A stretch of DNA of 62,538 nucleotides, the filler included, from Stramenopiles sp. TOSAG23-2 (taxonomy: Eukaryota), in the NCBI GenBank assembly GCA_900128395.1. It is 8 parts of 8 records of this genome, joined end to end, with 100 filler letters (N's around TTAATTAATTAA, not from the genome) between each part and the next. Parts side by side here need not be neighbours in the genome. Positions count along the whole stretch, not along the records: positions 1 to 26,313 come from LT649437.1; positions 26,414 to 52,711 come from LT649438.1; 6 more parts are not named here. One strand, 5' to 3'. Below, piece after piece: positions 21,245 to 30,900 of the stretch. Position numbers and translations under genes: made by a program. How positions within the stretch are numbered: the first letter of the stretch is position 1; the number at the start of each line of letters is the position of its first letter. The notes under the pieces were generated by a model. It was not told the origin of the DNA and ran no database searches. It worked only from the letters and a program-made list of their open reading frames with translations.

Positions 21245-24200
21245 TTTACATCGACGAAATGGTCGTATTGGTTATAAGTCCTCGACGGGGAGATCTATAT
21301 TTCCAAATCCTCCAAAATATTTAATTGGTAAATTTCGCATCGATGAGGAATATAGAGAAGCGCATCGCAATAGAAAAAAAATATTAGGAGACTTAGCACC
21401 GCCAATAGATTTGTATCACGAGCCATTGCCTCGAACATATGGTGTTCCAGACGATGTTCCAGAAATGCGCGTGGCCAGAGATAAAATATTAAAACGGACT
21501 GGTACAGTAAAAGAGCAAAACGAGGATGATAGATATCGAGAACTTGGATTTACACACGGATTTAAAACCTATGCCAAGGAGGAAACAGATGACGGAGCTG
21601 GTTTTTTACCAGAAGGCACTGCATTTTTCAAAGGCATGCTGGTAGAAGTCAATTATAAAGAGCAAGGACGGTGGTATACTGGTAGAATAACTAAAATACA
21701 TTTACAATATAAAAAAGGTCTTCCAACCACGTTTGATGTTCGATATGAGTGGGGCATACCGGTAGAATATCATGTCAAATGGAAAAATATTAGACCTAGG
21801 AAAAAGTTAAATAAATGGTACGAAAATCAAACGGTAATAATAAATTACAAAGGCAAAGGTGTTTGGTTTACTGGATATATCGCAAAAGTTTATAATGAAA
21901 AATACAATGATGAATTAACTATAGATGTAAAATATGATGGTGGATTTCCAAAATATGAAACTCGTATACCATTTGATGATGTAAGGTCGATAGAATGGCA
22001 TGTCAACCAACCAGTTTTAGCAAATTACAAAAGCAGAGGGCGTTGGGTAAAAGCTGATATAGTGAAAATACACGGTGATGTAATTTGGGGCAATGGAACA
22101 GTTACCTTGCGATATACGGAATGGGGCGATGACAGAATGGAATATTTGATACCACAAACACATATAAGACCACGAATAGATCATGATCGTGATTTATTGC
22201 CCGGTCCACATCAGCATTTAATATCATTAATATTGTCACCTTCACCATCAAAATTAAAACAACATCATGATACTAATAATATAAATAAACCATTACAATT
22301 AACAGAGATGATGAAAGGATTAGTTACAGTTGATAGTATTGTTAATGGAGAAAACGAAGAGGGCATCGACAACAACAAAAAGGACATAGCACCCCACGCT
22401 AATTATAGTAATAATCCTAACTTAACCCCAACCGCATGGTTTTGGAGCAATAATAATGGAGATGGTATGAATATGTATGGCACATCTTCGCATAATTTAG
22501 AAACAATGGATGAAAAAAAGAAAAAAGAGAAGTGGATATTACCAGAAAAAAAAAAAGAATGGGAAATGCCTATTCGTTTGACTGGATACACTTTGCCGGA
22601 AGATCATAAATTTAATCAGTACGACGCAACTGGCCATAAAATACCAAAGCGAAAGAAACAAATGAATGTATTTGAAAAGATGGAGGAAGAGAAACATAAG
22701 AAATTCAAAAAGCATATGAAATTGAAAAAAATAGAGGAAAAGCAATTGCTTGGATTTGGTCAATCAAATGCAGCAATGCGAGCTATATCAAGACCAGAAG
22801 CATTTGATGAAAATCTTAGAAGACGTGGTGCTGGTATGGAACGCGTAACTGTAAAATTGCCACATAAATATTTAGCAACTATTGGAATGGAATTACCTAA
22901 ATATGCAACTAGCATTGATGGAATCGAAACAAAAGGTAAATTTGTATGTTTTTACATTACCATTAAACCAGGCGAATCTGATACATTGCGGAAACGTATA
23001 TCAGATGGCAGCAAAGGTACAGGAAGCGTTACTACGTCTTCTACAAAGGATATACGAAAATTTCAATTAGTATCAACAGATATCCTATATAAACCACTGC
23101 CAAAGGATGAATTTTCCATTCATTCACCATCCTTTTACAATAGTATGCCACATGCGATTAAAAGTGGTAGTACTACTAATAATAGTACGATTGTTGATGA
23201 TAGTCTTCGGCATAGTAGTAGTAGTAGTAGTAGTAATAATAATAATAGTAATAGTAAATCGGAAACAAATGATAAAGATTCTATTTTTAAATCTACACAC
23301 CCATCTCGAGAGCAAAATTTTATTAATGCTTGTAGTTATGCTGCAAGAGGTGAAAGCAAGCGTCTATTAAATATATTAGAGTTGCATCCACATTTGTTAC
23401 ATTGCCATCATCACGTAACTGGAAAAACATTATTGCATTTTTCAGCCCTTAGTGGAGATAAAAAAATATGTGAATTATTAATACATTCAGGAGTAAACCC
23501 ATATACTCGTGATACACATGAAAAATTGGCATGTGATTTAGCTAGGGAAAAAGCATTATCGTACAACAATAATTCAGTGGATCGAGAAGATAAAAATAGA
23601 TATTTGTACGTAACTGGACTTTGTAATGCAAAATCAATTTTTCGTGCCGTCGTGGAAAAAGATATGTTGCATTTAATTTTTTTAGTCGCATATAAAAAAA
23701 AAGAAGGAATTTTAAATTCCCAAAATAACAATGGAATGACGGCATTGCATTTTGCAGTCATGTATCGGCGTAAAGAAATGGTTCAATGGCTTACTTCTCA
23801 AGGCGCTGATTGGTATGTTTCAAATAATGTAGGTCAAACGCCATTGGATATTTTATGGGATAGCGTACCGTCAGAAGAAGAAAGCACACGGGTAGTATTG
23901 ATTGAAAAGCAAATCGAACAATGCCATAAGGAAGAAGATCGTACGAGACGAATTTCAGCGAATGCTTTAAGACAAGTACGGGAAGCAGCAAATTCATTTG
24001 AAAAAGATGCTAGAGAAAAAACATTAGCTTTGGCCAGAGAAGCTCATGCAAAGAGTTTAAAAGCTACTGAAGATGCATTAATACGTTTAGATGTTTCAAA
24101 AGCACATATGGGCGAAGATGTATCGAAATCATTACATGATTTAATCGACGCTCGCGAACGTGGACTTCAGCAATTAAAAGCTCGTATGGAAATAAAAGTA

Positions 24201-24899
24201 CCAGTTCATGTGCCAGAAAAAATACCTCCTTGGCAACATACATCATCCCCTCGTCGTGCTGCAAAACATTCAGTATATTTAAGTGATATAAAGCAAAAAG
24301 AATCATTTGAATCTCGCTTAACGAAGGATAAAGCTTTACGCCAATATCATGATGGATCAAGTATTATAACTTCTTCACCAATGACGGGACGTCGTAGTAG
24401 TAAACGGATGAATGCCAGAAGACACAGTGCTACTAAAAAAAGAAGACCATATACTGCATCAACTTCATATGTAAATCATTCGAGTAAACAATTATCAGGA
24501 TTATCGCATTTATCATCAACAACACGGCTGTTGAATCAACGCCAGAACGAGGAAGGAAAGAATTTTAACAAGAGCAAAAGAAAAAATAAATCAATTTCAT
24601 CCTGTGATACAAAGAAAAAAAGTAGCATTGGGAACAAGAAAAGTTCAAAATATAAAAACAGTGTCGGTAGTAAAAGAAACAATTTTCCAATCAAGAAAAG
24701 ATCATCAATTATTTATGCTAGTAATACTGGTAGAGATGCTACAATGCCATGGCCGCCACCAGTAAATTCACCCCTTTTTGAAGTATGGGCAGAATCAATT
24801 GGTGGATTCGATGGTGTAGATCGTGCATTAGAAAGAGAAGAACGGGAGAAACGATGGTCTCAATTGCATCCTAGAAAAATAAATTACGACAAAATGTAA
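21165..24899 (+). CDS. Protein with three tandem Tudor/SH3-like beta-barrel repeats and ankyrin repeats
   Basis: Three repeats of V..NYK..G.W..(G/A).I.K......V.(Y/L); ankyrins GKTLLHFSAL, GMTALHFAVM, GQTPLD. Confidence 0.7.
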   Translation: MSSPTKKKSKAIEKEKVTPPKYRLTYPLHRRNGRIGYKSSTGRSIFPNPPKYLIGKFRIDEEYREAHRNRKKILGDLAPPIDLYHEPLPRTYGVPDDVPEMRVARDKILKRTGTVKEQNEDDRYRELGFTHGFKTYAKEETDDGAGFLPEGTAFFKGMLVEVNYKEQGRWYTGRITKIHLQYKKGLPTTFDVRYEWGIPVEYHVKWKNIRPRKKLNKWYENQTVIINYKGKGVWFTGYIAKVYNEKYNDELTIDVKYDGGFPKYETRIPFDDVRSIEWHVNQPVLANYKSRGRWVKADIVKIHGDVIWGNGTVTLRYTEWGDDRMEYLIPQTHIRPRIDHDRDLLPGPHQHLISLILSPSPSKLKQHHDTNNINKPLQLTEMMKGLVTVDSIVNGENEEGIDNNKKDIAPHANYSNNPNLTPTAWFWSNNNGDGMNMYGTSSHNLETMDEKKKKEKWILPEKKKEWEMPIRLTGYTLPEDHKFNQYDATGHKIPKRKKQMNVFEKMEEEKHKKFKKHMKLKKIEEKQLLGFGQSNAAMRAISRPEAFDENLRRRGAGMERVTVKLPHKYLATIGMELPKYATSIDGIETKGKFVCFYITIKPGESDTLRKRISDGSKGTGSVTTSSTKDIRKFQLVSTDILYKPLPKDEFSIHSPSFYNSMPHAIKSGSTTNNSTIVDDSLRHSSSSSSSNNNNSNSKSETNDKDSIFKSTHPSREQNFINACSYAARGESKRLLNILELHPHLLHCHHHVTGKTLLHFSALSGDKKICELLIHSGVNPYTRDTHEKLACDLAREKALSYNNNSVDREDKNRYLYVTGLCNAKSIFRAVVEKDMLHLIFLVAYKKKEGILNSQNNNGMTALHFAVMYRRKEMVQWLTSQGADWYVSNNVGQTPLDILWDSVPSEEESTRVVLIEKQIEQCHKEEDRTRRISANALRQVREAANSFEKDAREKTLALAREAHAKSLKATEDALIRLDVSKAHMGEDVSKSLHDLIDARERGLQQLKARMEIKVPVHVPEKIPPWQHTSSPRRAAKHSVYLSDIKQKESFESRLTKDKALRQYHDGSSIITSSPMTGRRSSKRMNARRHSATKKRRPYTASTSYVNHSSKQLSGLSHLSSTTRLLNQRQNEEGKNFNKSKRKNKSISSCDTKKKSSIGNKKSSKYKNSVGSKRNNFPIKKRSSIIYASNTGRDATMPWPPPVNSPLFEVWAESIGGFDGVDRALEREEREKRWSQLHPRKINYDKM

Positions 24900-24940
24900 C
24901 ACAAAAAAAAAACGTGTGTAAAATATTTTACACATATCAT

Positions 24941-25357
24941 ATATAAAAAATTCTCTTATTTATATTATAAATAAGAGAATTTTTTATATTATAATAATAT
25001 ACGAAGTATATATGCATATTGATATTATATAAATGCTATGACATATCATATTATTATCATACGAAGCGCGTATTCAATATCATATACGACGTATAATAAA
25101 ATGATCTATCATATATTATGATATTCGTGTATAATATATATATATATGTGTTTTTCTCTTACTCATATGTTATATAAAATTCTTTTACTCCCGTAATATA
25201 TATATATATACTCTTTCATTTTATGCAATTCTGTTTTTCGAAGGTAATATAGTATTAATTATTTCTGGTAACTACACATATATAATGAATATAACATTAT
25301 GAGTAAGTTCTAAATAAAATTTTTAACTCTTATTTAAATAAGAGAATTTTTTAATAT
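24941..25357. repeat. AT-rich palindromic dispersed repeat (MITE/foldback-like)
   Basis: Perfect 24-bp inverted repeat at 24941-24989, a near copy at 25331-25357, and the same 24-mer at 60878-60901 on another contig. Confidence 0.65.
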
Positions 25358-25411
25358 TTGTATGATAACAACAAAGTTCGTAAAATATTTGCGTGTTGTG
25401 TATAATTTTTT

Positions 25412-26313
25412 TTACATAAAATTTCTCTCAAGTCTTAGACCACCTTTTGAACGTATAAGATCAATGATCTCTTGTTTAATTGGACCAGTATTACGATATG
25501 CCCTGTCCAAGGGAGAGCGTCCCCACTGGCTCTGCTTATTAATACTGTCAATCGACATGTGATCTAATAATACTTGAATCAAATTAGTACTCCGTTTGTT
25601 TTTACGTGCTGCAAAATGCAACGCATTCCAGTCATGCTTATTTGTAATTTCAGGATCAGCTTCCCCTTGTTCAATTAAATGCTGTACTGTGTGGAAATGT
25701 TCGTTCTGTGCAGCTACCATTAAAGGTGTCTTAGAATAACCCTGACTATCACTACCGGCTTGATTTACCATTTCTTTCAATGCTGTAGTCAATAATTTCA
25801 CATCCTCAAAACGTCCTTTTTCACATGCACATACCAGTGGTGTACCTTTTGGAAATTCTTTTTTATATTTACGTATTATCCTTCTTTCTTCTTCCTCGCG
25901 TTTGCTTCTTGTTTCTTCATGCGTTCTTCTTTTTTCCTCTTCATGCCTTCTTTTTTCCTCTTCATGCCTTCTTTTTTCCTCTTCACGCGTTCTTCTTTTT
26001 TCCTCTTCATGCCTTCTTATTTCTTCCTCCTCACGCCTTCTTTTTTCCTCTTCACGCCTTCTTATTTCTTCCTCCTCATGCCTTCTTTTTTCCTCTTTAC
26101 GCCTTCTTTTTTCCTCTTCATGCCTTCTTATTTCTTCCTCTTCACGCCTTCTTCTTTCTTCTTCTTCACGCCTTCTTCTTCTTTCTTCTTTAATACGCAA
26201 TGCTTCATAATATCGTTTAAATTTTTCATTATGTTCAATTGTATAAATAACACCCTTTTTAATGGAACTTTGATTTTTACATGCATAATACAATGGTGTT
26301 TCTCCATATATAT
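25412..26313 (-). CDS. Ankyrin-repeat protein with an E/R/K-rich repeat stretch, 5'-truncated at the contig end
   Basis: TPLVCACEKG, TPLMVAA, WNALHFAA, GRSPLDRAY; EEEKRRH/EEEIRRR repeats of 21-24 bp. Confidence 0.8.
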
Positions 26314-26413
26314 NNNNNNNNNNNNNNNNNNNNNNNNNNNNNNNNNNNNNNNNNNNNTTAATTAATTAANNNNNNNNNNNNNNNNNNNNNNNNNNNNNNN
26401 NNNNNNNNNNNNN
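26314..26413. other. Artificial contig linker N44-TTAATTAATTAA-N44; also at 52712-52811, 54350-54449, 55988-56087, 57626-57725, 59264-59363, 60902-61001
   Basis: Identical 100-nt spacer with stop codons in all six frames. Confidence 0.97.
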
Positions 26414-27853
26414 TCGATAATTACTATCTCCATCTTTCAACTTAATTTTTTCCAATTCTTCTGATCGAGCGATGACTTTTCCTTTTCTATTTTTTAATTG
26501 CCATTGAACAAGATGCTTTTTCGCATGATAATTGGATTTTGTCTTCGATACTGTTTCACATGATATCATACTACCATTTGCATGGTAATATTTAGATATT
26601 CCTTCATGTACAACTCCATTTATCATTGAAAGTCGATCATTGTAATTCCACCATTTAGGTTCATACTCTCCAAATAAATCCATAAACATAGCCGCCTCAT
26701 TTTGATTCATGTTAACCCCTTTCCAGGATAGTAATAAATCATCCTTCTCTGAAAGATATGATAATGAATTGAAAAAAAACATGTTATCTTCTATATTCTT
26801 TTTATTCAATCCATTTTGACACTTCTTAATTGCTCTTCGCATTTGTGCAAATCCAATTTTTTGTTTCTCAGCAATCACCTTTTGTATAACAGGATCACTG
26901 CCTGATAATCCTAATAGCATTCCAAAGCCAATTGCATGATCAATAAGATCCAATCCATCAAACTCCAAAGAAAAATTAACGTATCTTCTCACTATCTCAT
27001 CTTTTTTATTTACAAACTTTTCAAAAAGTTCATTATCTCCATTTTTTTGAACGAGTATACTCAATTTACTACATTCTTTTCCTTCTTCAAAAACACCACC
27101 ATTCCATCTTTGGGCAATATTTTCCAGACTAACACGAAATTTTTCATCATCATCTGTATCAAATGTTTTCAATTTTGGAAACAAATTTAAGCATTCATCT
27201 AAATGTAATTGAATTGCCTTTGTTTGCATATCTTGGATCTCAATATATATTGGATTTGTCGAGTACGAGTCATGAAATATTTCAAGAATTCCCCGCGCTT
27301 GTTTCACAAACGTTAATAATTTATTCAAATTATTGCCGTTGTCTTGTTCAAACGCGTCGAACACATCTGTCATTTTTTCACGCTCCATATGAAGTATTTC
27401 TACACCAAATGTACGGCGTATTTCAAACGCTTTTTTGATCATTTGACTATTTTGATTCATCTTTAAACGAATACAATTATTTATAATTGTATTTATTTTT
27501 GTATATGTTACCAACGCGTTTGGGTCGTTAGCGATGAGCGTTTCACCAAACGCAGGATCCAAGATCTTTGCAAGCTCTATTCTTGCCTTTATGACATCTT
27601 CTATATTTGTAAGATCAGCACTGAACTGTTTAAATATTTGAAACTTAGACATAATTATAGATTCTTTTTTACCAATTTGAATCCAGTGACGACAAGATTC
27701 ACTTAACTTTGCAAAACTAGTTAAATTTGTTGATATTTTCTTTTGAAAATGTTTCTGTAAATTAGTAACATTTTCTTTCTCAATCTTTTCAATCGTTTTT
27801 AGGTTGTTAAAATCAAGAAAATCGCGAATAAGTTTTTCCGAAACATTTAACAA
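26414..27853 (-). CDS. Hypothetical helical protein, 3'-truncated, start uncertain
   Basis: Open frame of more than 480 codons running into the linker; no recognisable motif. Confidence 0.55.
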
Positions 27854-27930
27854 AAGATGAATACAATTAGTACGTTCAAAGTCCTTTATACCATACCATT
27901 GCGTTTTCCATAATACATTTAGTAAGTTGA

Positions 27931-30900
27931 TTATTTTGTTTTGACTCCCATCAACGCTCTTAATCCTGCTGTTCCAGATTTTCGTCTGTTTTTTGCTCGT
28001 AATGAACTACGTCTTGGGATTGCGTAATTACTACTAGTATCATTACTGACAGTAGTGCTAGTCTTAGAAACTGGACTTGTTGCTGTTGGCACTCGAAGCT
28101 GAAATTGTGGACTAGGGAAAGATTGGACTTGTTGCTTTGCAAATTGTGTTGCTGCTGTTGTTGACTGGGCCCGACCAAAATTGCCAATTGAGTGTCTTCT
28201 TGTAAGGCTTTTGTCTTGTTTCTTTAATATCGACAAAATACTTTTACGGCGAGGGGCTGGAACAGCAGCAACATCATCAACCAAAGTAGGTTTATTTATA
28301 TTTACTTTTTGCGCGTTTGTATCTTGCTTTTCTTTTATCTTCTTCACTTTTTCCTCGTATTGTATTTTCAATTTTTTTACTGCTGTATCAAATTCCATTT
28401 TCATTTTTTTAATAAATTTATCATTTGAAATTTTTATGCGTCCTTTATGTTGCGTCAATCTTTGAGTCAATTCATCTTTCAAATTGATCATTTTTTGTAT
28501 TTGTTTTTCATGCTTTATGTCACGCTCTTCTGTAATTGATTTTACACGATGTTCCCAATATGATTCAACTTTACGGAAATTTTCTAAAATACGTTTTCGT
28601 TGCGCGTTGCTACGTTTGATCAACGTTGTTCTTAACCATAGGGTAAATTTAGTTTGTGTACTACGAGCAATATTGTTTTGCATACAATTATAGAGCATTA
28701 ATGCCGCCGCATGTCGTTGTTTTTCAGTTTTATATTTGTTTTTCCAAGGATAAAATCCACGTCTTAATTTTTCAGTATAGATCCAGATAATTCTTTTCAC
28801 GCATGATTTCAACGTATGTGTTTCATGCTCTTCTTGTCTTATTCGTTTCTCTTTATTTACTTGAACTTCAAAATTTTCAGTCATCTCTGATATTTTTTCT
28901 TTATAATTACTTTCTACAAACCCTAAAAGTTCTGCCGTATCTGCTTGTTTCGTTGCCATTTCCCAAATTCGAAATGCTAAGTTCATAATATGATGCGTAT
29001 GTTTCTTTACATTCACCACAAATGATCTCAATACCATTTCCTTTATTAATGCACTTTCATGATTTTCATTAACTTGGGTCATTGTGTTTTCTAAATTATT
29101 TAATGCCTTTTCATGATTTTCATTAACTTGGGTTATTGTGTTTTCTAAATTATTTAACTTTTCAAGATGTTTCTCACGCTCAATAATTAGTTTCCATTTC
29201 GTCAAAACTTGTTTCTGTCGTGCTTTCATGCTTCGTATAATTTCCCGTATTATAAACGCTGCAACATCGTTGTAAGATTTATCTTTATTCTTTTGAAATA
29301 TGCCATATTTATACCATAAATAAAAGCTTTCCGATACACGTTTTTGCCATTTTGCTTCCACGACACGAAACCATCTTTTAAGAACTTGCTTGCCTTTTAC
29401 AGCTTTCATTTGACTGATGGAACGGGATTTTTGAGTTGCTTGTACCCATTTCATGAAATGGCCGTGTTGTTTCTTTCGAATATATCTTAATACGGAACGC
29501 ACGACAAATTTAGCAGCTTTATTATACCCTTCTTGCTTATGTCTTAATTCTTCAGTAACTTTTAGCCATTTCGAAAAACCTTTATGCTTACGTTTGAGGA
29601 AATGTTTTAAACAATTTTTAATGAGAATATTTAAATACAATATCATTTTCTCTTTAGTCAAATTAGCTGCATATTCATCCTTCAACACAGCAACGGACTG
29701 ATGGTGCTTGTCACGCATGTCAGAAATGGTTTTATTCATTTTACTTTCATATATATTTTCCACTTTCAGCTTCTCCTCTTTTAAACGGTCTATTTTGGAT
29801 TTAAATTGTGATGCGTCCTTGTCTTGTAAAACTTTTTGATTGGTGATTTCATTTTTCAACTCTTCGATTGCTGATTTGTAGCTTCCACTAGTTGAATTGA
29901 CAGTGCGCTGATGACTGTCTTCCATGAGTTTTACTCGCTCTTCAAATTGTTCTTTGACACGATCATAATCACGTTTTAAATTTAGATATCGCTCTTGATG
30001 CTCAAGCTTAACTTTTTCCCTTTCCTTCTCTAAAGCAATTTCATGCTCTTCTTTTAGCCTTTGCAAATCTTGTTCGTATTTAAGTTTAACTTCTTCATGC
30101 GCGGCTAATAGTTCCTGTTTCTTATTTTGATGTTTCTCATTAAGACCTTCTTTTTCTTCGTGAAGTCTATCATACTTTTCTTTCTGATCGTCGATTGTTT
30201 GTTGAAATTCTTGCAACAAATTACCTTTACGGGATTCGTATTCAACATTTAATGCAATTTTAAGATCCTCTTGTCGTTTCAACCATCTTTGTTCTAGCAA
30301 TTGTATTTGTTCTTGGTATTTTTCTCGTTCAATTTTTATTTCATGATTGTGCCTTTCCGCCTCATCTTCAAGTTGCTTCATCAACGTCTCATTAGCCTGG
30401 TGTTGTCCTTTGGTTAATCTTTCTTGCAATTCATGCAAATCTTTCACATGCCGTGCATTTAATTCCTCCTGGACTTTAACGTGTTGTATCATTATGTTAT
30501 TTTTATCTTCTTCCATTTTTTCAATTTCTATGGCATTTTCATTTCGTAACGCTGTTAATGCTTCGCTATGCATTTTCTCCATTGTCCTATATTTATCAAC
30601 GTGTTGTATCATTATGTTATTTTTATCTTCTTCCATTTTTTCAATTTCTATGGCATTTTCATTTCGTAACGCTGTTAATGCTTCGCTATGCATTTTCTCC
30701 ATTCTCCTATATTTATCAACGTGTTGTATCATTATGTTATTTTTATCTTCTTCCATTTTTTCAATTTCTATGGCATTTTCATTTCGTAACGCTGTTAATG
30801 CTTCGCTATGCATTTTCTCCATTCTCCTATATTTATCAACGTGTTGTATCATTATGTTATTTTTATCTTCTTCCATTTTTTCAATTTCTATGGCATTTTC

